Position numbers and translations under genes: made by a program. Of a DNA stretch of 64,000 nt, positions 10,907 to 21,808 are shown piece by piece; position 1 is the first letter of the stretch; every line of letters starts with the position of its first letter. This DNA comes from Patescibacteria group bacterium (lineage in GTDB: Bacteria > Patescibacteriota > Gracilibacteria > BD1-5 > UBA2023). The stretch is taken from positions 521 through 64,520 of the forward strand of contig JBMOJK010000005.1 in assembly GCA_049315825.1 (NCBI GenBank), read 5' to 3'. Below the pieces are notes generated by a model. It searched no databases and had not been told where the DNA came from. It worked only from the letters and a program-made list of their open reading frames with translations.

Positions 10907-11464
10907 ATGACAGACCAGAATCTCAACACAGAGGAAGAAATGCTCGAAACTCCTCTCGAAGAAACCACAGAAGACACTTCTGGAACTTCTCAGACAGGAA
11001 CGACTGACGAAGTTACACAACTACAAGAACTGCTCACAAAAGCGAACGAAAACCTCGCACGCTCAAATGCGGACTACCAAAACCTTCTCCGACGCACCGA
11101 GAAAGATCGAGCTGAAATGGCAGAATTCTTCACGCAGAATTTCGCAAAGAAGCTCCTCCCTACACTCGATAACCTCGATCGTGTCGTTTCTGGAACTCCA
11201 GTAGAATCTCGGAATGGCCCAGTCTACGAAGGCGTAAAGCAGGCAGCCGCAGGACTCTCAAAAGTCCTCGAAAGCATGGGCGTAAAGGTATTCGAGTCAC
11301 TCGGTGTAGATCTCGATCCGAACCTGCATGAAGCACTCTCTCAGGGTGCAGGCCCAGAAGGAAAGATCATCATGGAATTCGAGAAGGGATACAAACTCAA
11401 TGACACCGTGATCCGACACGCAAAAGTCATCGTCGGAAATGGAACGGAAGCTCCTGCAGCATAA
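10907..11464 (+). CDS. grpE: nucleotide exchange factor GrpE
   Basis: 185 aa. Coiled-coil N-terminus, then NFAKKLLPTLDNLDR and a C-terminal beta domain (...IRHAKVIVG). Confidence 0.9.
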   Translation: MTDQNLNTEEEMLETPLEETTEDTSGTSQTGTTDEVTQLQELLTKANENLARSNADYQNLLRRTEKDRAEMAEFFTQNFAKKLLPTLDNLDRVVSGTPVESRNGPVYEGVKQAAAGLSKVLESMGVKVFESLGVDLDPNLHEALSQGAGPEGKIIMEFEKGYKLNDTVIRHAKVIVGNGTEAPAA

Positions 11465-11477
11465 CCCTCTCCTGAAT

Positions 11478-11849
11478 ATGATCTATTCACTTGAAGTCCT
11501 CAAAGTTTTCTTGTCAGCCCTGGTGGGTTGGTGAGTGCTCTGAGGATTTTTTGTTGTTGCAGAAAAATGGCCACGCATGTGGTTCATACTTGCACACTAT
11601 ACAATCAGTATCGCGACTTTTTTGCTCGTAATCTGGGCATATCTGAGCTTCATCCGAGGCAATATCACACTTGGAGCATTCCCGACTATGATCGCATTCA
11701 TGGTGAGTTTGTTCGTGATCGAGATTTATTTCTTTGGGTTCGTGTACGATAAACCGCTTTGGTTTTTGAACTTCACGGATTGGATCGTGCCAGTGTTTTT
11801 GATCGCATCGACGATCTATCTACTGAGTGCTTATCTCATTAAATCCTAA
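11478..11849 (+). CDS. small integral membrane protein, 123 aa
   Basis: Track ORF 11577..11849 extends upstream to ATG 11478 through TGA 11532-11534 and 11541-11543 (LVGW-G-VL-G-GFFVV). Multiple TM segments. Confidence 0.55.
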
Positions 11850-12653
11850 ATGCAATCACTCGTCATCATCACAGGAGCTTCCACCGGGATCGGTCGAGCA
11901 AGTGCAGAGTATTTTCTAAATCAAGGCTACGGAGTGATCGCTACCGCACGAGATATCACGATGCCCAATTTCGAACACCCAAACCTCAGCTGGATGTCGC
12001 TTGATCTCATGAATCCAGAATCGATTGCAGCGTTTATCGCGGAGATTCTCAAGATCGAGACTCCGATCGAGGCACTCATTAACAACGCAGGATACGGACT
12101 CATGTCGAGTATCGAATGAGCCAGTGAGGCACAGATTCGAGAACAATTTGAGGTGAATTATTTCGGGAATATGGCGATCATTCGTGGTATTTTGCCCAAA
12201 TTTCTTGCACAAAAGAGTGGAAATATCGTAACGGTTACGAGTATCGGAGGTCGCATTGCATTCCCGTTTTATGGGTATTACAATGCTACGAAACACGCAC
12301 TCGAAGCCTCGGTAGAAGCACTGTGGTTCGAGACTCAGAACACAGATGTACGGATCAAGATCGTTGAACCGGGTTTTGTGCGAACAGATTTCGTGTCACG
12401 CAGTCAAAAACTCGGCGAGATCGACGTACCCCGACTTGAAGTCGCGTTTAAAAGTCTTCAGAAAATGACGCAGTCCAATACCGCCGGAAGCACACCAGAT
12501 ATCATCGCAAAAATCATCTTCAAAGCAGCCATTTCTCGCTCCAAAAAACTCAGATACGCTGGATGATATCTGGGTCGTGAACTTCTTGCACTAAGGCGAC
12601 TCCTCCCCGAATTTTTGTTCGCTTGGCTCATCGAAAACTCAACGCTCAAGTAG
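11850..12653 (+). CDS. short-chain dehydrogenase/reductase (SDR)
   Basis: TGASTGIGRA cofactor motif, NNAG, YNATK active site. Joined across TGA 12117-12119 and 12564-12566. Stop TAG 12651-12653. Confidence 0.85.
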
Positions 12654-12717
12654 GATATTCAGATTGACTTATAGAAAAAGCAGACTACCTTACCCGGTTA
12701 TTTTTAACTTTTTTGAA

Positions 12718-13236
12718 ATGCAAAATCTCTATTCACACGCTCCATATATTTTCTCGAAGCACCTTCGAAATCTGGTAGGAATTCTCGGAAAGACGAAAGA
12801 ATTCATGAAGGAAAACAATATCTCAGATGCAGAAATGCTCGAGAAGCGTATCGCTCCAGATATGTTCCCATTTGTTCGACAGATCCAGATCGTCTCTGAC
12901 GCTGCGAAGGGAACGATAGCTCGTATGGCAGGCATCGAAGCTCCATCTATGCCAGACACCGAAGCAACAATAGACGAATGTATCGCTCGCATCGAGAAGA
13001 CTATTCTCTTCATCGACAGCATCGATACAGAAAAGCTCTCACAGGCAGATGAGCACAATGTAGTGCTTCCATACCTTCTTGGAAAGCATCAGACGATGAT
13101 CGACTACGTACTCGACATGGCAATCCCGAATTTCTTCTTTCATTTCACGACCGCTTACAATATCGCCCGAGGCGCTGGCGTTGAACTAGGAAAGATGGAT
13201 TACATCGGAAGTCTCAAACTACATGACCTTACTTAA
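12718..13236 (+). CDS. DUF1993-like protein
   Basis: ATG 12718 (MQNLYSHAPYIF...). The overall pattern (PDMFPFVRQIQIVSD..., FFFHFTTAYNIAR) resembles DUF1993, recognised from memory only. Confidence 0.5.
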   Translation: MQNLYSHAPYIFSKHLRNLVGILGKTKEFMKENNISDAEMLEKRIAPDMFPFVRQIQIVSDAAKGTIARMAGIEAPSMPDTEATIDECIARIEKTILFIDSIDTEKLSQADEHNVVLPYLLGKHQTMIDYVLDMAIPNFFFHFTTAYNIARGAGVELGKMDYIGSLKLHDLT

Positions 13237-13239
13237 TCG

Positions 13240-14148
13240 ATGAACGCAATCGAAATCAAGGGACTCGTAAAAACCTACGATTCTGGCACTCAGGCTCTCA
13301 AGTGAGTGGACCTCACGGTTGAGAGCTGAGATTTTTTTGCGCTGCTAGGACCCAACGGCGCAGGGAAATCTACCATCATTGGAATACTCACTGGACTCGT
13401 TAACAAAACGGCGGGAAAAGTAAATGTATTTGGATATGACACAGATACCAACGGTCCACTTTCGAAAACATTTATCGGTGTGGTACCTCAGGAGTTTAAT
13501 TTTTCTATCTTTGAAAAATGCATCGACATAGTCGTAAATCAAGCCGGGTATTACGGAATTCCGTACGACGAAGCCTACCCGAAAGCAAAGCAATACCTCG
13601 AATCACTCGGACTCGCCGAAAAGCTTAATACCCCTGCGCGCATGCTCTCAGGGGGAATGAAGCGACGTCTCATGATCGCGCGAGCCCTCGTGCACGATCC
13701 GAAGATCCTCATCCTCGACGAACCAACCGCCGGGGTAGATATCGAACTGCGACGCGGGATGTGGGATTTCCTCACGGACCTCAGCAAGAAAGGCGTGACC
13801 ATCATTCTCACCACCCACTATCTCGAAGAAGCCGAAGCACTCTGCAACAAAGTTGCCATCATCCGCAGTGGTGAGATCATCGAAAGTGGAACGATGCGTG
13901 ATGTTCTCTCCAACCTCTCTACTGAGAACTACACCCTCGATCTCAGTAAGAATCCAAGCGAGGCCGAAATCAGTGCACTGAGAGCTTATCAGCCAATCGT
14001 AGGCGATCACACAATCACCTTAAATATCACAAAAGAGCAAAAAATCTCTGAAGCTATTTCCCGAGTGGAATCTCTCGGACTTGGTATCACGAGTCTTCGT
14101 AATACGAGTAATCGCCTCGAAGCTTACTTCCTCGAACTCACGAAATAA
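13240..14148 (+). CDS. ABC transporter ATP-binding protein
   Basis: ATG 13240. TGA 13303-13305 and 13327-13329 sit on conserved Gly ([27 protein letters not shown]). Signature LSGGMKRR, Walker B ILILDEP. Stop TAA overlaps the next ATG. Confidence 0.92.
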
Positions 14149-14921
14149 TGAACTCACAAGCACTGTATATCGCATTCCTTGCGATCGTCCGCAAGGAAGT
14201 TGGGCGTTTTTTGCGTATCTGGTCACAGACCCTTCTTCCACCTGTTATCACGACGAGTCTCTACTTCGTAGTATTCGGAGCATTTCTCGGGAAACAGATA
14301 GCCAACATCCACGGAGTTCCATACATCCAGTTCATCGTTCCTGGTCTCGTGATGATGAGCGTACTCACTTCTGCGTATTCCAATGTTTCGAGTTCGTTTT
14401 TTGGAGCAAAATTCCAGCGCAATCTCGAAGAGCTCCTCGTCTCGCCTACTCCAGCCTGGATCGTGATCGCAGGATACATGGTCGGAGGAATGCTGCGCGG
14501 ACTCATCGTTGGAGCGCTCGTACTCGGAGTTTCGATGTTCTTCACAAACCTCACGCTCTTCTCGGTGGTTCACATCATAGCGTTCATTTTCCTAACTTCT
14601 GCACTCTTCTCGATGGCAGGACTGGTAAATGCGGTTTATGCGAAAAACTTCGATGCAGTTTCGATCGTCCCAACATTTGTCCTCACGCCACTCACCTACC
14701 TCGGAGGAATATTTTATTCTGTAAGTCTCCTTCCGCCTTTTTGGCAGGCGGTTTCACATTTCAACCCGATCCTCTACATGGTAAATGGATTCCGTTACGG
14801 ATTTCTCGGATTCGCAGACATGCCCATCTGGCAGAGCTACGCAGTGCTCCTCGGGATGTTCGTACTCATGTCGCTCTGGTGTGGATGGCTCTTTGCAACT
14901 GGTCGAGGACTCAAGAGTTAG
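14148..14921 (+). CDS. ABC-2 type transporter permease
   Basis: 257 aa, six predicted TM segments. Translationally coupled (TAATG) to the ATPase. Confidence 0.85.
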   Translation: MNSQALYIAFLAIVRKEVGRFLRIWSQTLLPPVITTSLYFVVFGAFLGKQIANIHGVPYIQFIVPGLVMMSVLTSAYSNVSSSFFGAKFQRNLEELLVSPTPAWIVIAGYMVGGMLRGLIVGALVLGVSMFFTNLTLFSVVHIIAFIFLTSALFSMAGLVNAVYAKNFDAVSIVPTFVLTPLTYLGGIFYSVSLLPPFWQAVSHFNPILYMVNGFRYGFLGFADMPIWQSYAVLLGMFVLMSLWCGWLFATGRGLKS

Positions 14922-14962
14922 TAAATAGATTGCCAGAATAAAATTGGCACTATACTGTGGCA

Positions 14963-15490
14963 ATGAAATGTATCGTTTGACTCGGCAATCCAGGTCCAGA
15001 GTACGCAAATACCCGACACAACATGTGAGCTCTCGCGCTCGAGTTTTTGCGTCGGTCTTGGGGTTTTCCAGAGTTCAGCGCAAGCAAGCACCACGCGGTG
15101 GTAAGCGAATGAATGCGAGGTGGCGAGAAGATCATGCTCATCAAACCGGTGACCTACATGAATCTCTCCGGTCGCGCTGTTGCATCCATCGCAGGCTTCT
15201 ATAAGATCGACCCCACACTCGATCTCACCGTACTCTCCGACGACCTCGACATGGAATTCGGCAAAGTTCGCCTCCGTCAAAAGGGCAGCTCTGGCTGACA
15301 AAATGGAATCAAATCCATCATCGAATCCATCGGAACCGAAGAATTCTCCCGCATCAAGATCGGGATCGGCCGAGATCCCAGATTTGAAGTGAGTGATTGG
15401 GTGTTGTCGAAGTTGTCAAAGGATGAAATCGCGAAACTCGAAAGTAACGTATTTGTGGAAGTTGAGAAATTGATCGAGACGCTTGTGTAA
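14963..15490 (+). CDS. pth: peptidyl-tRNA hydrolase
   Basis: 175 aa after reading four TGAs (14978, 15026, 15110, 15296) as Gly: [22 protein letters not shown]-..., SSG-G-QNGIKS. Stop TAA 15488-15490. Confidence 0.93.
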
Positions 15491-15493
15491 TGA

Positions 15494-15518
15494 AATCCCC
15501 CGCCATTGGCGGGGGATT
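15494..15518. terminator. intrinsic terminator between convergent pth and the C39-like gene
   Basis: Hairpin aatcccccgcc-attg-gcgggggatt. Confidence 0.7.
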
Positions 15519-15537
15519 ATTAGAACATGCGGTTATA

Positions 15538-16179
15538 CTAGGGATGAATTACGACAATTCCTGTCTCCCTTCCAAACTTCCTAGAAATAGCATCAAACAA
15601 CATATCAACGTGTACTTTTTTTCGTGGAGGATGCTTGTATTCTGGGTCCACAAGTTCAACCATGCCCGTATTGGAATCATATGATTCAATCAGGCTGTCA
15701 TGTATAAACTGCACTATGTCCAATGGATATATTTCATTATTATGATACTCAATCCAAAGATCATTTCCTATTGAGAGTTCGTATTCAATAAAGTCTGATA
15801 AATTTTTAATTTCAGATGCTTGGTATGCTTTTGCACTATATGGAAGATTTTCACTCGAAAAAAACTCATTGATCCGATCAATAGAATGAAGGGTGCTAAT
15901 TCATTCATCTTTGTTATACCGATCCATTATCTGCAACGATACATTAAAGGCGTGTACGTGTCGTTTGTTAATTTTCACCCCGAAAAACTCAGCAAGTGCC
16001 TGCTGATCATAGAGCTTACCGGTACGACGATAGAGGATCATCTGGAGGCAGGTGACCGCACAGCACTCAGGCTTTTGGACGAGGGGGATATATTTTGTTG
16101 GATTCATAAAACAGGAAGTGAGGATTATACTCACTTCCTGTTGTTTTCCTACTTCATGCGGAGGATGAATTTCGTTCAT
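15538..16179 (-). CDS. cytoplasmic papain-fold (peptidase C39-like) protein
   Basis: ORFs 15901..16179 and 15538..15723 are one frame across TGA 15901-15903. Candidate catalytic Cys in QKPECCAVTCLQMIL and His in FIHDSLIESYDSNTGMVELVDPE. Confidence 0.45.
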
Positions 16180-17396
16180 TCACCAAGCACACTCTCAACT
16201 CATATTGTCCAACCATAGAGCTTGATAATATGATCTACGATTGCGAGCCCGATTCCGGTTCCTGCATATTTACCACTGCGATCCACACGGAAAAATCGAT
16301 CAAATATCTTAGCTACATTCTCTTCGCTCATACCGATCCCCGTATCAGCAAACACGAGTGTATTTTTTGTCTGCTTGATCGTAATAGTTCCCCCATCTTT
16401 GTTGTAGCGAATAGCATTTTCGATGAGATTCGACGCAAGAATCACGAAATGTTGTCGACTCATGCGGATCGTGGCGCCTGATGGGATTTCGAGATGTACG
16501 CTTAGATTTCGTGCATCGATCTTTGGTTGTCGCATGCGGATAATCTCCTCAATGCAAGGTCAGACTGGAAATACATCAATCCGCTCGGGCTTCGTGATCT
16601 GAGAAAGCTCCAACAGTCCATTGAGCGAATCACTCATAGAATGAATGGTTTCAATACTCTCCTCAACAAGTGAATGATCCATCTGCTTCATATCGCGCAG
16701 GAGTTGCATATTGCCCGAAATCACAGCAAGCGGAGTCTTGAGTTCATGGCCTGCATCATTGATAAAATGAGTCATGGCTTCCATATTTTTCTCAACAGGA
16801 TCGAGTGTTTTTCGGATGAAAAACCCAATCACGAACCAGAACGGCAGTAAGATCACGAAATCCATCACCAAAAATCGCAAAATATCTCGCAGCACATCGT
16901 CTTGGAGGTATCCACCCTTTCCGACGAATATTTTCATCTGCTGGCCACTTCCTGTGCTAACCGGCACACTTCGAAGCAGCAGGCCGTTTGAGAAAACCGT
17001 TACTCAGAGTGGGAGATTCAAGAGTTCCTTTCGATCCAAGAGATCCTCGGTTGTTACGATATCCCCTGCACCACCCAAACGATTCACAAGCAAGTCACCC
17101 CTTTTATCAATCACGATAAATCCAACTCCCACAGAGACTCTATCTCGGCTTATCTGATGATCATTGTTTTGAGGTCGTGTCGTAGGAAATGGCTGACGTC
17201 CTGATCATTGCACATCAGCTGGACGTTCTGCAATGCGTGAAATCTCGTGTTCAAAATCTGTCTTCTGACGATCATTTTCCTGGAAATTTCTCGCAAGCAA
17301 GAATGCACCCTCGAACGTTATCAAAAACAAAAATATTCCCACAACAAATATCGCGGAAAGTTTTCGTTCGGTGGTAACGAGTTGATGCGTTGACAT
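16149..17396 (-). CDS. sensor histidine kinase (HisKA + HATPase_c), 415 aa
   Basis: Four track ORFs join across TGA 17205, 17004, 16560, 16200 and 16176. H-box AGHELKTPL, N-box NLIENAIRYN, G-boxes DTGIGM and GTGIGLAIV, restored C-terminus GWTI-G-VESVLGE-G-TKFILRMK. Stop TAG 16149-16151. Confidence 0.87.
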
Positions 17397-17399
17397 GCT

Positions 17400-18083
17400 T
17401 TATGGGTGTGAAATAGTGAGTCAGGCTTCATCGAGTGTGTAGCCGTAGCCTTTTTTGGTCTGGATAGAATGCGGAATCTTCTTGCGTAGATAGCCAATAT
17501 ATACTTCAACCACCTTGATATCCGCAAAAGCATCGTATATCCCCCATACACTTTCTGCAATATCTTGCTTAGAGAGGACTTTCCCAGTATTGCGTAGGAA
17601 ATAGAGCAGTAGCTCAAACTCTCGTTTTGAGAGTTCGACCGGTCGATCATGAAAAAAGACCTCATGCGTCTGCACATCGAGTCTCAGAAAACCAATTTCG
17701 ATGATCTCGGTGCTCTTTTGGGTACTATTTCGACGACCGAGTGCTCGAATGCGAGCGACAAGTTCACGGTAATCACAGGGTTTTGTGAGATAATCATCCG
17801 CCCCGTAATCGAGTCCAGCAACCACGTCATCACGGGTCGCACGAGAAGTCAGCATGATGATCGGAGTCGAACGTCATTCGGCTCTGATTTTCCTGCAGAT
17901 TTCTATACCATCCATACCTGGAAGATTGATATCGAGAACAATGACATCATAGTTATTATTCATCGCCTCAGAATACCCTTCAAGCCCATTCGTTCGAAGT
18001 GTGCAGGTGATGTCTTCATTTGCTAAATACCGAGTCACGGTCTGTGCAAGCTGGAGCGTATCTTCGATCAAAAGAACGTGCAT
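17400..18083 (-). CDS. OmpR-family response regulator
   Basis: Receiver domain (VLLIEDT..., DVIVLDINLPGMDG) plus winged-helix domain (LSKREFELLLYFL...). TGA 17874-17876 (IRAE-G-RSTPIIMLT) and 17421-17423. Stop TAA 17400-17402, 4 nt before the kinase ATG. Confidence 0.9.
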
Positions 18084-18128
18084 AAATAGGATGATGTTTT
18101 GTCTATTGTTATAATTTTCTCGCGTAAA

Positions 18129-18160
18129 GCAAAAGTGCCTGCGTTGGCAGGCACTTTTGC
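18129..18160 (-). terminator. intrinsic terminator after the LTxxQ-like gene
   Basis: Hairpin gcaaaagtgcctgc-gttg-gcaggcacttttgc. Confidence 0.65.
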
Positions 18161-18176
18161 TTTTACGAGCTGCCGA

Positions 18177-18818
18177 TTATTGAGTTACGGCTGAAGTGTT
18201 TGGAGTTACAGAGGTCTGTCCAGTTGTAGACTGTTGTCCACGCTGTCCTCTTCCTTGCTTCCCACCTTCAAATCCTCCGGGCTTCCCTTCGCCCTGTTTC
18301 ATGCCTTTGTGCTGTGGCATGCTATCTATAAGCGCCTGTTCATCGGCGGTAAGAGTAGTTCCTGCAGCTTTCTTATCGAGTGCTGCTTTGAGTGCATCCC
18401 GCTTAGCCTTCATCTCGGCTTCCTTTGCCTTGTGTTCGGCACGCTCAGTTTTGATTTCAGTTACGATTGCCTTGTCTGCATCAGTGAGTGTTTCACCAGC
18501 GAGAAGCTTATCGATGACTGCTTCACGGGCATCGCGCTTTGCCTCTGCGGCTGCACGCTTTGACTCCATGAACGTCTTCTTATCTGCATCGCTCATTGCC
18601 TCGAAAGCTGTCTTCTCAGCGTCTGTGAGCTGAGTCATTGGTCCACCTGGACCTCCGCGACCTTCTCCCATTTCGTGTTTGAATCCACCCTTTTGGGCAA
18701 TTGATGTGATGTTCTTGATGGCAGTTGTGCCAGTGCTTGTTGCTGCAAATGTTGATGCAGCTCCAGCGAGTGTAATTCCTGTAAGAAGTACAGAAGCGAC
18801 GAGAGTTGTTTTTTTCAT
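18177..18818 (-). CDS. secreted helical Ala/Lys/Glu-rich protein with LTxx(E/D/Q) repeats (Spy/CpxP-like?)
   Basis: Signal peptide MKKTTLVASVLLTGITLAGAASTFA. Repeats LTDAEK, LTDADK, LTADEQ. Sits directly upstream of the two-component system. Confidence 0.5.
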   Translation of the reverse strand: MKKTTLVASVLLTGITLAGAASTFAATSTGTTAIKNITSIAQKGGFKHEMGEGRGGPGGPMTQLTDAEKTAFEAMSDADKKTFMESKRAAAEAKRDAREAVIDKLLAGETLTDADKAIVTEIKTERAEHKAKEAEMKAKRDALKAALDKKAAGTTLTADEQALIDSMPQHKGMKQGEGKPGGFEGGKQGRGQRGQQSTTGQTSVTPNTSAVTQ

Positions 18819-19128
18819 ATATGTATATTTATAAAGATAGTTACTAAAGTGACGAGTGATCACGAGGGAAGAATATCAGATGAACGTAAGAAAGGAGTAA
18901 GAATGGTTGCCTCTACGACTGATATGTACCTCGTGAAATTGTGCCGGTTGATTGGGAGAATATATATTGAGTGAAATCTCCGATCAGTGTGGCAGAACTT
19001 GTGCTCGATGTCACCTAAGCAGAATAACAAATCACCGTAAGAAATAAGTAAGAGTCGAGGTAAGTCTGATCAGCACAGGATGTCAGAATTTGATTCGGCC
19101 ATTTTCTCCTATCGGTTATAATCCTCAC

Positions 19129-19473
19129 ATGTACCAATCTATCACTACAACTGATCTCGCTCATATCATAGAGTCGGGAGCAAACATCACACTTATCGAT
19201 GTACGCGAGATCGATGAATGGGAACAAATTAACATCCCGCAAGCCGTACTCATCCCACTCTCAACCATCGAACATCGTCTCGAAGAGATAGATTTCAGCA
19301 GACCAGTTTACGTGCTTTGTCGCTCGGGTGGTCGCAGTGCAAACGTGTGCACATGGCTCGAATCCCACAGCAAACAAGCAACCAATGTCACCGGTGGAAT
19401 CAAGCAGTTCTATCAAGAAGGATCAAATCTCCTAGAGATTACCGAGCATTTGAAGTCGGAGTACTTAGGATAA
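19129..19473 (+). CDS. rhodanese-domain sulfurtransferase
   Basis: 114 aa. Active-site loop CRSGGRS. LIDVRE...EW motif. Confidence 0.85.
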   Translation: MYQSITTTDLAHIIESGANITLIDVREIDEWEQINIPQAVLIPLSTIEHRLEEIDFSRPVYVLCRSGGRSANVCTWLESHSKQATNVTGGIKQFYQEGSNLLEITEHLKSEYLG

Positions 19474-19610
19474 ATCCAATGTTAGTAAGATTAAAAAAAC
19501 ATCTTTAAAGTTGGCAGCATATTGTCTATCACTAGAATGCAGTCACTTCATACTACAAATACCATCCTCCTTATTGTTGTATTTTGTATACAGTATTTAT
19601 TTATTTTTTT

Positions 19611-21445
19611 ATGAGAAAGATTTTACGGGGTTGATTACTCGCACTATTTGTTTCAGCCATGTTATCCTCTGTCTATGCAGAGGATCTTACACATTGTTCA
19701 AAGGAACAAGCAACACTCTCCCCGAATGTATGCGTATTGTACGATAAGTGAATTGATGCTATTAAGGATAAGAAGCTCGAACAAGCCGAGGTATACTTCA
19801 AGTGAGCAAAAGTGTATGCAACAAGTAAATGGGAAGTGGAGAATGTAGATGCTATGCTTGCATTTATTGCCGATGAGTACCTCAAAAAAACTACACCATC
19901 AGAGGATACATACTCATACAAGCAGTACTATTTGAAAACTATGAACATTCCTACAGCATGGAATGCCATAGGAAGTCCTAAGCAGGTAGTTGTTGCTGTA
20001 ATTGATGATTGATTGGATATTAGTCAGCCTGACCTCATAGATAGCATATGGATTGATCCGAGTGCACCCTACTGAGCAAGTAAAGTAAAGGACTTTGTTG
20101 GAGACAAACTAACTAACTATGCATCAGGGGAACATGGCACAATGGTGGCAGGCATCATCTGAGCCTCTACCAATAACTCCCTATGAATCGCCGGAATCGC
20201 AAAGAATGTCAAGATTATGCCACTGAGAGTATTTCCTATGACCTGAAGCGGTTGAGCAAAAGAAGAAAACATCATCAATGCAATGAATTATGCCATAGAT
20301 AATGGTGCAAATATCATAAACTTAAGCCTTGGAAAGAGTCAGTTTGCATATAGCGCAAACTTCGATGCAGTAATCAAAAAGGCTGCAAGCAAGAATATTA
20401 TCACTGTCATCGCCTCAGGAAACTGAGACGCATATACCAGCTGAACAAAAGGACTTGATCTCAGCATTAGCCCAATCTCGCCCGTCTGCAACAACGGTGG
20501 CAAGAATAATAAATTGTCTATTTGAGTAGGCTCAATAGGTAAAGAATGACGAAAAAGTGAGTGGTCTAATTTTGGAAATTGCGTAAATTTCTGGGCCCCT
20601 GGGGAAGACATTGTATCAACATCCATACCCCTCTCTATAGCGATGGTTACCGGTATGATATTAAGAATGGTACATCGTTCTCTGCACCTATCATCGCAGG
20701 CATCATTGCACTATGATACAATAAATACGGCAGCACTTCACCCGAGATCGTCTTTGACAGTCTAACAGAAAGTCTAAGTGACTTTAATTATTCAACAGAC
20801 AACGCGAACTTTACAAAACTCAAAGATAGAACTCAAACGGTGGATGCTGCAAAATATCTTGAAATTTTGGGTCGTAAGATTATGGAGGCAGCCACAAAGA
20901 AACCAACAACTGAGGTGAAACCGGCCGTTCCTGCTACAGACACTAAGAAGCCTCTCACATATTTTGAGTCACTCGCAGCATCGGGTGTGATCTCTATGCA
21001 ATCCACGGAGTCAGGATATCGTCTCAATGATCAGATTACACGCGCCGAGATTGTAAAGATTGCCATTAAGCTTTCGAATAAGTCTACTGTACCTTGTACT
21101 GGAAAAATATACAGTGACGTGAGTGACTCTATTGGAGACCTCTGTTGATATGTCGAAGCAGCAGCGCAAGCTGGCATGATATCAAAGAATAATTCAAAAT
21201 TTCGCCCCTTGGATCTGGTAACTAAGGCGGAAATGATCAAGATCATCCTAGCAGCAAAAAACGTGCAAATATCGCAAATAAATGCTGGATTTAAGGATGT
21301 ATCCTCGTCCATGGGCGACCTTGCCGGATACATAAACACTGCTGCTATAAAAGGATACATTGCTAAAGCTGATTTCTTTTTACCAAATACCTTTGCAGTA
21401 AGATCTGAAGTGTTTCAGTTGGCGTACAAGCTCATGGGACAATAG
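19611..21445 (+). CDS. secreted subtilisin-like (S8) serine protease with three C-terminal SLH-like repeats; apparent frameshift near 20628-20640
   Basis: Signal peptide MRKILRG-G-LLALFVSAMLSSVYA. Catalytic triad contexts VAVIDD-G, GEHGTMVAGII, GTSFSAPIIAG. About 15 in-frame TGA. Reading frame changes from frame 0 to frame 2 at the C-run 20627-20633. Stop TAG. Confidence 0.8.
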
Positions 21446-21462
21446 AAGGAAGACATATCAAG

Positions 21463-21490
21463 AAAAAGCACCTCAAAAACGGTGCTTTTT
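21463..21490 (+). terminator. intrinsic terminator after the S8 protease gene
   Basis: Hairpin aaaaagcacc-tcaaaaac-ggtgcttttt. Confidence 0.7.
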
Positions 21491-21627
21491 CTTGATCCTG
21501 ATTTCTTATGACCGACACCTCTTCTAATAATCATTAGAGCAGGAGTACTTGCCCTGTAATAAAACCAATTCTTCAGAGGCGATTGGAATACACAAGCTAC
21601 AACGAAATAAATTGATTGAATGGGTAT

Positions 21628-21660
21628 AAAAAAACTTCTTACTAGGTAAGAAGTTTTTTT
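21628..21660 (-). terminator. intrinsic terminator downstream of tRNA-Arg
   Basis: Hairpin aaaaaaacttcttac-tag-gtaagaagttttttt. Confidence 0.7.
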
Positions 21661-21673
21661 CTTGATTTCTAAA

Positions 21674-21751
21674 TGGTGCAACCGAGTGGGCTCGAACCAC
21701 TGACCTCCTCCTTCGCAGGGAGGCGCTCTAATCCAACTGAGCTACGGCTGC
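21674..21751 (-). tRNA. tRNA-Arg (anticodon GCG), CCA encoded
   Basis: Manual cloverleaf: acceptor GCAGCCG/CGGTTGC, D arm GCTC..GAGC, anticodon arm CCTCC-CTGCGAA-GGAGG, T arm AGTGG-TTCGAGC-CCACT, discriminator A. Confidence 0.85.
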
Positions 21752-21808
21752 AAAAAGCGTGCGAAGTGTAACGAAGAATTATTTTTTTGCAAATAACGCT
21801 TCAAAAAA

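Noticed and set aside
10690-11007. Lys/Ser-rich 105-aa ORF spanning the YtxH-like/grpE junction.
   Set aside because: It is an off-frame translation of two supported genes.
14081-14941. 286-aa Arg/Ser/His-rich ORF.
   Set aside because: It is an alternative frame of the well-supported ABC-2 permease gene (14148..14921), and its composition is typical of an off-frame translation.
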